Shown here: positions 9,594-17,201 of the stretch, piece by piece
How the letters are laid out: each line of letters opens with the position of its first letter
How positions within the stretch are numbered: the first letter of the stretch is position 1
IMG/VR virus record: IMGVR_UViG_3300028197_001183
Coordinates: 1 to 64,000 of that record
Strand: one strand, 5' to 3'
DNA length: 64,000 nucleotides
Source: a virus
Lineage: Duplodnaviria > Caudoviricetes
Made by a program: the position numbers and the translations under genes
Notes under the pieces: model-generated
Database searches by the model: none
What the model was told of the DNA's origin: nothing
The model's input: the letters and a program-made list of their open reading frames with translations, nothing else

Positions 9594-9650
9594 ATTATAC
9601 CCACCCACATGACCCGTGGAAGGGTTAGGGTGCCACTTTATAGACTGTCC
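9594..9650 (-). promoter_or_regulatory. Early-type promoter: 21-bp quasi-palindromic box 30 nt upstream of TATAAT
   Basis: Minus strand GGACAGTCTATAAAGTGGCAC-N30-TATAAT-agattcatacacaaagaaagc-ATG. Confidence 0.65.
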
Positions 9651-11353
9651 TGCTTCATGGTGCTGAAGTCACCGATCTTGTCAAAAGTGACCACAGTATC
9701 AAACTTGTCCAGAAGGATATCACCCTTGTGACTGATCACAAATAGGTTGGTCCTATCGTCCATACCCCTCAGAATCTTCATCAGTTCCTCTGTAGCAGCA
9801 GTATCAAGAGAAGAATCGAATACCTCGTCAAGAATGAGGAGATTGGTCGATGCAGAGTTTTTCATCTTGGCAATGTCACGCCAGCAAAACAGTAAAGATA
9901 GGTCAATTTTCTGCTTTTCACCCTCTGAAAACGATGCATAAGAGAACTCATCACGGTAGCGTGACTTGATAACTTCATTGAATTCTTCATCCAATGTGAA
10001 GTTAACAAAGAAGTCCATGAGTTGCAGATATTTATTGATTTGATTGTTAAAAATAGGCACAAACTTACTGATAACCTTACTTTTAATACCACTGTCCCTG
10101 AGTAAGGAGGATACAATTTTCAGGTTATCAAACTCCTTACTGACACCAGCACAACGCTCTATATTTTCACTATATTCTGCCTCGTATTCGTCTAATCTTA
10201 CCCTCTCACCATCAATATCTGGGGTCTCTTTGTTTACCTCGGCCATGATGCTTTCATTCTCTTTAAGCAGTCGTGATACCTGCTTACCAATGTTAATATT
10301 ATCACTCTGTAACTCAATAATTGACTGCCCATAACCCTTCATGTCACGCAGTTTGTCATAGATGAGACCGACTTGCTCATCGATCTTTGTATAACCTTCA
10401 TTATACTTAACACGACGTGACTCAGCATCCACAAGTTGACGATGCTTATGCTCTTCTTCTAGGTCTTGACTACATGTTGGACACTTATCATGCTTGGTAT
10501 AGAACTTATGATCTTTCTCTGCCTTGTTTTTATTCTGCTCAATCTTAGATCGCATGTCACGGAGACTATCATACTTCTCTTGCCATGAAGATTGGTCTGT
10601 AATACTTTCAGCAAGCACACCCATCGAGTGATTGTTTTCTTCATGACGCTTATTCAAACTTACTATATTATCTTCGTTGTTATTAAACTTTGAGTGCAAA
10701 CTTTTAATAACGCCATCCTGTAACTCAGTGAGTTTGTGGATAGATGTACGTTGATGATTCAGTTTTGTCTCACAGATCTCCAACACATGCTTACATGATG
10801 TGAAATTCTCTTTATTATCCTTGACTCTATCCTTCAGGATAGTATTCATCTTAGAAAAGATTTTGATGTCGAGCAGGTCTTCTACCACCTCTCTCCTATG
10901 TGTGGCAGGAAGTTGCATGAAAGGCACAAATGTACTGCTACCTAGGATAACAACCTGTGTAAATGACTTGTAGTTAAACTTGAGGATGCTCTGCTCTAGA
11001 TATTTCTGGTAGTCTTTTTGGGCAGCGTCTTGATCAAGCAGTTGTCCGTTTCTAAGGACCTTAAAGATGCCTGGTTTGATGCCTCTAATGACATGATAAT
11101 TTACTTTACCAATAGAAAACTCAACCTCCACACAGCACTCTTTCTCATTGACGCTGTTGACCAGTTGAGACTTATTAATTTTACGAAAAGGTTTATTGAA
11201 TAGCACAAAACACAGGGCATCCAACATAGTGGATTTACCTGCGCCATTAGATCCGATAACAAGTTGCGACTTAGACTCATTGAGAATCATTTCCGTAAAG
11301 GTATTACCTGTACTTAAGAAATTCTTCCAACGAATCTTTTCAAATACAATCAT
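9638..11353 (-). CDS. g46: Recombination endonuclease subunit gp46 (Rad50/SbcC-like)
   Basis: GSNGAGKST, CPTC zinc hook, FSEGEK signature, ILDEVFD, ISH. Confidence 0.97.
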   Translation of the reverse strand: MIVFEKIRWKNFLSTGNTFTEMILNESKSQLVIGSNGAGKSTMLDALCFVLFNKPFRKINKSQLVNSVNEKECCVEVEFSIGKVNYHVIRGIKPGIFKVLRNGQLLDQDAAQKDYQKYLEQSILKFNYKSFTQVVILGSSTFVPFMQLPATHRREVVEDLLDIKIFSKMNTILKDRVKDNKENFTSCKHVLEICETKLNHQRTSIHKLTELQDGVIKSLHSKFNNNEDNIVSLNKRHEENNHSMGVLAESITDQSSWQEKYDSLRDMRSKIEQNKNKAEKDHKFYTKHDKCPTCSQDLEEEHKHRQLVDAESRRVKYNEGYTKIDEQVGLIYDKLRDMKGYGQSIIELQSDNINIGKQVSRLLKENESIMAEVNKETPDIDGERVRLDEYEAEYSENIERCAGVSKEFDNLKIVSSLLRDSGIKSKVISKFVPIFNNQINKYLQLMDFFVNFTLDEEFNEVIKSRYRDEFSYASFSEGEKQKIDLSLLFCWRDIAKMKNSASTNLLILDEVFDSSLDTAATEELMKILRGMDDRTNLFVISHKGDILLDKFDTVVTFDKIGDFSTMKQDSL

Positions 11354-11613
11354 TTATCTTGTAGTGGCGGAATAACAAATTCATCAGCATCAATAATGGT
11401 AAAACGATACCCATATTGACGACAGTTTTCTTTGACAGTATCTTCATCTACCTCCGTGACGGTGAGATCACGGGGGTATTCATCTGCCTTCAGTAGCACA
11501 TAATAGCGTTCTGCATCGTCCTTGTCAACAAACAACTGGACTACCCTCTCCACTGATTCGTCGTCTCTGACAGCGTATACACCACCTGATTTATTGTCAG
11601 TTAGGACAAACAT
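11350..11613 (-). CDS. Hypothetical protein between g47 and g46
   Basis: GGVYAV...LFVDKDDAERY...VIPP; overlaps both neighbours. Confidence 0.75.
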   Translation of the reverse strand: MFVLTDNKSGGVYAVRDDESVERVVQLFVDKDDAERYYVLLKADEYPRDLTVTEVDEDTVKENCRQYGYRFTIIDADEFVIPPLQDK

Positions 11614-12638
11614 TAGACCTCCAACGCTTCCACATATAGGGATTTTAAGATACCAAAAATCTCATCGTGATTTTTATACTCAGAGACACATGATTCTAGG
11701 ATAGAAAGAGTGTCTTCAACCTCAATCTCTTCATCAATTTCACCCAACTCTTGAGACATGTCTTCGACAATCTTCAAGTCTGCTAGGTCAACCTGCTGAA
11801 GTTTCCTTATACACCGATCAAACTTAACTTGATCCTTTTCTTCTCCCACAACCAGTTTAACGTATGTCCCTTCTAACTGTGAGAAGCTAGAGACATCAAT
11901 ATCATCAGTGTAGTAGACCTTACTAAAAGTATTATAGGGATTTGCAATGAATTCCATTGACAAATCATCTGTATTTAGGACGTGGAATCCACGTTTGTAC
12001 CCGTAATCATTCCAATACAGTTGATAAGGATTACCCAGATACTGGATAGGACCTTGCTTACTCTTCATATGATAGTGACCAGAGCATGTCATGTCAAACT
12101 TCTCAAAGGGAGATGGATCAAGACCATGGTCCATCTTAAGACCAGGGATAACTTCAAACCCATTCAACTCAAGGTGTCCTAAACACACAGATGCTTTAGA
12201 TGCCTTGACCTTTTTCATGATATGCTCCTGGTTTTCAGGACAAATCCATGGTAGAAGAAGGAAACTCCTACTGCCAAACTTCTTAGCAGTGGGCTCGGTA
12301 ATGATCTCGATGTTGTTGTAGTCACCTAGCAACAGATCAGGTGCATTTACCTTGAGAGTATTCTTGTAATAGATGTCATGATTACCTATAAGCATAGACA
12401 TACGGATGCCTCTCTCAGCAAGTGGATCAAACCACATCTCTCGTGCTGCTTCTAATGAATTAAAATTCACATACTTTCGACGATCAAAGGTATCACCTAA
12501 GCATAAGACCTGAGTGATACCTTCTCTGTCGATGTAAGGGAGGACTACATCTTGATAAAATTTTCTATAAAGTTTTTGAAAGAATTGATTGTCATTCCTG
12601 ACACCAAAGTGCTGATCAGTTATCAGTAGGATTTTCAT
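11613..12638 (-). CDS. g47: Recombination endonuclease subunit gp47 (Mre11/SbcD-like)
   Basis: ITDQHFG, LGDTFD, GNHD and SGHYH metallophosphoesterase motifs. Confidence 0.97.
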   Translation of the reverse strand: MKILLITDQHFGVRNDNQFFQKLYRKFYQDVVLPYIDREGITQVLCLGDTFDRRKYVNFNSLEAAREMWFDPLAERGIRMSMLIGNHDIYYKNTLKVNAPDLLLGDYNNIEIITEPTAKKFGSRSFLLLPWICPENQEHIMKKVKASKASVCLGHLELNGFEVIPGLKMDHGLDPSPFEKFDMTCSGHYHMKSKQGPIQYLGNPYQLYWNDYGYKRGFHVLNTDDLSMEFIANPYNTFSKVYYTDDIDVSSFSQLEGTYVKLVVGEEKDQVKFDRCIRKLQQVDLADLKIVEDMSQELGEIDEEIEVEDTLSILESCVSEYKNHDEIFGILKSLYVEALEV

Positions 12639-12771
12639 TCTTTTTACCAGTTTCTAGATCACGAAGACGTTTCCGCCAATAACCACGGTCATTACTATCT
12701 TTACAAGGATTGTCTCTATCTTGAGTATCGTGAAGATCATCAAGTCCTTCTTTAGATTCCATTTTTGGCAT
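12616..12771 (-). CDS. Small hypothetical protein (51 aa)
   Basis: My translation MPKMESKEGLDDLHDTQDRDNPCKDSNDRGYWRKRLRDLETGKKNENPTDN fills the g55-g47 gap. Confidence 0.6.
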   Translation of the reverse strand: MPKMESKEGLDDLHDTQDRDNPCKDSNDRGYWRKRLRDLETGKKNENPTDN

Positions 12772-12775
12772 AGAG

Positions 12776-13252
12776 TTAATTACGCATGTTGGTTTCGATG
12801 CGACTCTTGATGGAATTCATATCAGCATGATTGTCATTCTCATCTGAGTGGAAGACCTGATCGTAACCATTCTTCTCGATAAGTTTATCACGGATATCCA
12901 TCTGACGCTTTTCCTTAGCAATTCGTCGCAAGAATGCATAGTAAACGATTTGCGTGAAATATGCAAATGGATTCTTGCTCTTAGCGGGATCGAAGTTATC
13001 GATGTATTGGACACAATTCTCTACACCATCGGAGATCATGTCCTCCTTATACATGTAGTTAATAAAATTAGGTCTATACGACAAGTGTACGGCAATCTTC
13101 AAGAAACAGTCTCCTAGGTAATGAGTGATCCTAGGTTTCACTTTATCTTGTATCTTAGCAATCGCAACAAGGTCTCGATACTTTACGATCTCCACAAGAA
13201 ACTTTTTGTTGTCAACGTAGTGTTGCTTTTTCTTAGGAGGCATTAAAGTCAT
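12776..13252 (-). CDS. g55: Late-transcription sigma factor gp55
   Basis: HYVDNK...LSYRPNFINY...DMISDG...NFDP.KSKNPFAYFTQI.YYAFLRRI. Confidence 0.97.
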   Translation of the reverse strand: MTLMPPKKKQHYVDNKKFLVEIVKYRDLVAIAKIQDKVKPRITHYLGDCFLKIAVHLSYRPNFINYMYKEDMISDGVENCVQYIDNFDPAKSKNPFAYFTQIVYYAFLRRIAKEKRQMDIRDKLIEKNGYDQVFHSDENDNHADMNSIKSRIETNMRN

Positions 13253-13274
13253 ATTTAATTTTGCTCACAAATAC

Positions 13275-13303
13275 ATTATAAAGGTTTATGTATCATAAGT
13301 CAA
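13275..13303 (-). promoter_or_regulatory. Sigma70-type promoter of g55
   Basis: TTGACT-17 nt-TATAAT on the minus strand, just upstream of the g55 start. Confidence 0.8.
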
Positions 13304-13305
13304 GC

Positions 13306-13352
13306 TTGACAACTCTAAGAATAATCATTATACTCAACCATGTAAGGGTTGA
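13306..13352 (+). promoter_or_regulatory. Antisense sigma70 promoter with 5' hairpin (element copy A)
   Basis: TTGACA-17 nt-TATACT followed by TCAACC-atgtaag-GGTTGA; back-to-back with the g55 promoter across the palindrome GTCAAGCTTGAC. Confidence 0.7.
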
Positions 13353-13360
13353 AAACAATA

Positions 13361-13789
13361 CTACTTAGAGTTCTTCCATTGATCCTCTAGTTTCTTTCTC
13401 ATCTCTGAGACTTTACCGATTAGACCCATATTTTCATTCATGGGTACACCAGGATCTACATCATCCATTAGTTTACCGTCCTTTCTCCACCACATCTTAT
13501 ACAGCATGATTGCTTCGGTGGACATCGGGGCAATGGTTACAATATCTGGCTCTTGGATAATGTAGAATTCTTCATCTGACCATAGCATCCACTTAACGAA
13601 TCCTGCAGCTAGTCCCATTTCACCATCAGGTTTCTCTATAGGGGTGAGTGTAGGAGACAAAGGATCAGACACATACACTATTGTGCAGTTGTCTTCATTC
13701 GTGGCAATCATTGTACCTATTACTTCCTCGCCAGTTACTAACTTGACGACTCCGAAAAATTCATTGTCGTGACGGATGTAGTTAATCAT
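13361..13789 (-). CDS. Conserved hypothetical protein downstream of uvsW
   Basis: FFGVVKLVTGEEV...FVKWM...MGLIGKVSEMRKKLE; ATGA-coupled to uvsW. Confidence 0.75.
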   Translation of the reverse strand: MINYIRHDNEFFGVVKLVTGEEVIGTMIATNEDNCTIVYVSDPLSPTLTPIEKPDGEMGLAAGFVKWMLWSDEEFYIIQEPDIVTIAPMSTEAIMLYKMWWRKDGKLMDDVDPGVPMNENMGLIGKVSEMRKKLEDQWKNSK

Positions 13790-15246
13790 TGTCGTAGGTT
13801 TACCTTAGTGATTTCATAATCAAATTTCTCTTCCTCATAGATTTTCAATCTTTCAATGAGGTGACGGAGAGTATAATTGTGTCTATTACCTCGGGAGCAG
13901 TCATCAGCAATGTCATACAACACCGCTTGTGCTTTGTTATCTCCCTTACGCAAGACACGTCCAATAGACTGGAGGTTTCTTACTCGTGATTTGGATGGAC
14001 TCGCAAAGATTACATTATGTAGGTTGCGAATGTTAATGCCTGTGGAGAATGTGCCGTAGGATGCAAGGATGATTGCATCTTTTTCCAACTCACATATTTT
14101 GCGAGCCTCTTCTCTTTCAACAGCATCTACACCACCATGAATAAAGAAGATCTTTCGATCTTTACTCACCTTAGTATTTAGCATCTCCCATAGAGGGTCA
14201 CCGTGCTTCTCGATGTAGTTGAATAGGATGAGTGTATTGCCACCTATGTCTTCTGCTAGGTTACAAATTAGGTTATTTCTCTTGGGGTGTGATACTATAT
14301 AATCCATCTCTTGCTGATAGGTATCAAATGGGACATGACCATGCTGCAGCAGAAGGCATTTTACTTTCAGTGGTGTCAGCTGTCCCTTTTTCATTAGATC
14401 GACAGTTGTGGTCACCCTATCACAGCGTCCGAATAGACCCTCCAGCACCAACTGATGACTATACATACCGTCTAATGTACCAGTCAACCCGATACGATAG
14501 CGAGCATCGTGACATTTATTCAGAATACCTGATAGACTCTTCGCCTTATACAGGTGTGCTTCATCGCCAATGATTACATCAAACCTTTCAAAGAATTTCT
14601 TAGGCTCTTTGTATATACTTTGCCATGTAGAGATGACTACAGGTGCTTCTACATACCTCTCCTTTCCACCCATGATCTGATGGACATAATGATCTGCTTT
14701 CCACCCGTAGTCTTTGAAGTCTTGCGTTAACTGTGAGACTAGAGAGACTGTAGGTACAATGATTAGGATCTCACGCTCCGCCTTAATGTGCCAGCGGACC
14801 AGACCATAAATGATCAGCGACTTTCCAGATCCTGTAGGCGAGAGTAGTAACTTGCGACGCTGCTTAATTGCCGTGAAAAGTGCTTTGAGTTGGTAGTCGC
14901 GAATCTTAAATGGCAGTCCCAAAGATCTAACAAAAGACGCCACTGATTCTGGTGATACATACTCCTCTTCCTCGTTTGGTATACCAAAGAATTTACTATC
15001 TTTGATAGCGTATTCATACCCCCTCTGGTCGAGATACTCTAAAAGGTAATCGTATAGACCGACATAGATCTCTCCTGTCCCTGGAGAGTACAATCGGATC
15101 TTACCGTCCCATACTTTTTTCTTATACTGTGGCATGAATTTAGCACCAGGCACTTCAAACTGGAAGTGCTCGCTTAATTCTTTATGGATGTGTTGCTCGC
15201 CTTCGACTTTTAGAAAAACTTCGTTTTTCTTCTCGATAGTAATCAT
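13786..15246 (-). CDS. uvsW: UvsW RNA-DNA/DNA helicase (SF2)
   Basis: RDYQ, SPTGSGKS, GDEAH, GLTGT, QSIGRVLR. Confidence 0.97.
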   Translation of the reverse strand: MITIEKKNEVFLKVEGEQHIHKELSEHFQFEVPGAKFMPQYKKKVWDGKIRLYSPGTGEIYVGLYDYLLEYLDQRGYEYAIKDSKFFGIPNEEEEYVSPESVASFVRSLGLPFKIRDYQLKALFTAIKQRRKLLLSPTGSGKSLIIYGLVRWHIKAEREILIIVPTVSLVSQLTQDFKDYGWKADHYVHQIMGGKERYVEAPVVISTWQSIYKEPKKFFERFDVIIGDEAHLYKAKSLSGILNKCHDARYRIGLTGTLDGMYSHQLVLEGLFGRCDRVTTTVDLMKKGQLTPLKVKCLLLQHGHVPFDTYQQEMDYIVSHPKRNNLICNLAEDIGGNTLILFNYIEKHGDPLWEMLNTKVSKDRKIFFIHGGVDAVEREEARKICELEKDAIILASYGTFSTGINIRNLHNVIFASPSKSRVRNLQSIGRVLRKGDNKAQAVLYDIADDCSRGNRHNYTLRHLIERLKIYEEEKFDYEITKVNLRQ

Positions 15247-15686
15247 CTGATTCCATAATACTTCACAATTTCGATAGTATTCTTGATTGCAAATCCACGG
15301 CTGTCGATTTGTTTAAGTATCCTATCAATACAATTTATACAAGTTTCAAGATAGTCTATTTTCTGTTGTGCTCTAGTGAGGTCTGGGTCACTATCAATGT
15401 ACACATGAAGGTCACCCTTGAGGATCTTGAGTGCAAAAGGTTTTTCTTTATAGACTGTGGCAGATGCTTTACCAGAATAATATTCAAACTTCTCACGCAG
15501 TAATACCTTGCGCTTTACCTCTGCTTCTGATAGCATGAGTTTGAATTGATTAACAAATTGCAAATACTTTGCATGGAGTCTGGGTGTTTCCATACTGTCG
15601 TTTGCCAACAGCTCAGGTAACTCCCTGTGATCAAAGAATCTTTCAGAATCCTTTGCCCACATCTCCTCAATTTTTTCTAGATTCAT
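15243..15686 (-). CDS. uvsY: Recombination mediator UvsY
   Basis: WAKDS...PRLHAKYL...YYSGKA...YIDSD...RGFAIKN.I; adjacent to uvsW. Confidence 0.9.
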   Translation of the reverse strand: MNLEKIEEMWAKDSERFFDHRELPELLANDSMETPRLHAKYLQFVNQFKLMLSEAEVKRKVLLREKFEYYSGKASATVYKEKPFALKILKGDLHVYIDSDPDLTRAQQKIDYLETCINCIDRILKQIDSRGFAIKNTIEIVKYYGIR

Positions 15687-16240
15687 TAAGTAAGTCGCTT
15701 ATCACGGGTGAAGGTGGTGGTCTCTTGTATCTCCATACGCATGTAGTTGAAAGTAACTTGCGCCATGGCATACTCTGTGCCATCTATTGTAGCATTAAAT
15801 TCTAGTGCATTCAACCCAGTAGGAATCAGACCCTCAAACTGGACGTTGAAATTCATTTTGAAATTACTGTTGAGCACAGTCAGTGTTGCATCAGCATATA
15901 GATCATCATTGCCAAAGAGTGCCATCATCTTATTCCTAAAGTCAAGTCTCTCTATAGTATCGTTTGGTGTGCCGAGAGCACGGATCCAGTTATGCATGAT
16001 CATATAGTTACTTAGATCCTCATCTACTAGGAATGATAAAGTAAAAGGATCGTACGTGATAAAACCTTCCAGAGGTAGTGCTCTGAAAGGTGTAGGTTGC
16101 TGCTGAATACCCAACGTCATCGATGGGATGTTTGCAGACTGTGCGAAATATGCAACCTTAGGATACTTGGCAAGAGTAAACCTAAATCCAATAGGCGACA
16201 GGAAATTTCTGTTTTCAATTTGCTTATTCCAAGTTGCCAT
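15686..16240 (-). CDS. g3: Tail completion/tube terminator protein gp3
   Basis: NRNFLSPIGFRF...ANIP...FLVDEDLSNY..HNWI; position between g23 and uvsY. Confidence 0.88.
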   Translation of the reverse strand: MATWNKQIENRNFLSPIGFRFTLAKYPKVAYFAQSANIPSMTLGIQQQPTPFRALPLEGFITYDPFTLSFLVDEDLSNYMIMHNWIRALGTPNDTIERLDFRNKMMALFGNDDLYADATLTVLNSNFKMNFNVQFEGLIPTGLNALEFNATIDGTEYAMAQVTFNYMRMEIQETTTFTRDKRLT

Positions 16241-16264
16241 GTGTCATAGGATATCTTGTCCTAG

Positions 16265-16272
16265 TATTTATA
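16265..16272 (-). promoter_or_regulatory. T4-type late promoter (g3)
   Basis: TATAAATA on the minus strand. Confidence 0.8.
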
Positions 16273-16471
16273 GCAAAGTATGTATATCTAACCAGGGAAA
16301 TACTGGCTCTATTACTCCGATAAGTCGAAGTAAACCCTCAGCAAAAAGTGCAAGAACAATCCAGCCAACAATGACTGAAATAATTGAAGCATTACGATTA
16401 TGTTTTCGTATTGCATCATCGATCATCTCCTTGCATTTTTCTTCTGTAATATAATTTGGTTTATTCTCCAC
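16268..16471 (-). CDS. Small membrane protein (67 aa, probable GTG start)
   Basis: (M)ENKPNYITEEKCKEMIDDAIRKHNRNASIISVIVGWIVLALFAEGLLRL...; the track's longer start overlaps a separate acidic ORF. Confidence 0.65.
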   Translation of the reverse strand: MENKPNYITEEKCKEMIDDAIRKHNRNASIISVIVGWIVLALFAEGLLRLIGVIEPVFPWLDIHTLL

Positions 16472-16589
16472 TGTCTTCGTTGGATCTGGTCCAGAAATCT
16501 TCCCAGTCTTTAGCATCACCTTCGGTGATATTTTCAGACTTTTTCTTTTCATCATCAAGGAGGTCGTCAATAAAGTCTAAGTCTTTCAT
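16461..16589 (-). CDS. Small acidic hypothetical protein (42 aa)
   Basis: My translation MKDLDFIDDLLDDEKKKSENITEGDAKDWEDFWTRSNEDSGE; preceded by AGGAG and ATGA-coupled. Confidence 0.6.
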   Translation of the reverse strand: MKDLDFIDDLLDDEKKKSENITEGDAKDWEDFWTRSNEDSGE

Positions 16590-16753
16590 TCTGAATACTC
16601 CTGTAAGTGGTCAAGTACTTGATTTAATGCATGATGGGCACCATCGTACCATTCATCATCAGCACTTCCTTCCTTGTGCTCATTATATAGTGAGGTCTTC
16701 AACTTGTATAACTTGGCAAGGAGATCAACCTTTCGCATATTAGCCCTAGGCAT
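16586..16753 (-). CDS. Small hypothetical protein (55 aa)
   Basis: My translation MPRANMRKVDLLAKLYKLKTSLYNEHKEGSADDEWYDGAHHALNQVLDHLQEYSE; TAAATA box at 16775-16780. Confidence 0.65.
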   Translation of the reverse strand: MPRANMRKVDLLAKLYKLKTSLYNEHKEGSADDEWYDGAHHALNQVLDHLQEYSE

Positions 16754-16780
16754 TTTACTTTCCCATTATACATGTATTTA

Positions 16781-16807
16781 ACAAGAAAGCACCCACTAGG
16801 GGTGCTT
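16781..16807 (-). terminator. Rho-independent terminator
   Basis: AAGCACCC-ctagt-GGGTGCTT followed by TCTTGT on the minus strand. Confidence 0.65.
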
Positions 16808-16833
16808 GTAAAGGGTTTACTGTTAGGGCACTC

Positions 16834-16992
16834 TCACATAAGTAACTCCTTACAGATTTTCTTGCATGATGTTTGACTATTGATATCGCACTCAATTAGA
16901 CATTCATAATAATCATTCAAGTTTTCCTCCTCTACAGTTTCCTGAAAGTGTCTCCACTCGTTGAGTTGATTTCTTGATGTTAGACTGTGCAT
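16834..16992 (-). CDS. Small Cys-containing protein (52 aa, CxxxC-x7-CxxxC)
   Basis: My translation MHSLTSRNQLNEWRHFQETVEEENLNDYYECLIECDINSQTSCKKICKELLM; GAGG upstream and a terminator downstream. Confidence 0.7.
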   Translation of the reverse strand: MHSLTSRNQLNEWRHFQETVEEENLNDYYECLIECDINSQTSCKKICKELLM

Positions 16993-17133
16993 TTACCATA
17001 CCTCTAAACGTTTTGCGTTACATAATTAAGAAAGGTTTGGGCGCATTTGATCCTCCGATCTGCTACTACTACTTATGTTTGTTTTGATATCGTAATATAC
17101 TTTTCTTACAACTTAACGTAAGTATACACAGAC

Positions 17134-17161
17134 AAAAAAAGACCCCCCTTGCGGGAGGTCT
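17134..17161 (-). terminator. Rho-independent terminator after g23
   Basis: AGACCTCCC-GCAA-GGGGGGTCT followed by a T run (GNRA loop). Confidence 0.9.
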
Positions 17162-17201
17162 GAAAGGACATGTTGGGCAACCAGCGCCACAACATCCAGA
17201 A

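Noticed and set aside
16834-16992. Calling the four-Cys protein CP12
   Set aside because: It lacks the CP12 C-terminal C..P...EC..YD motif and the AWD.VEEL core.
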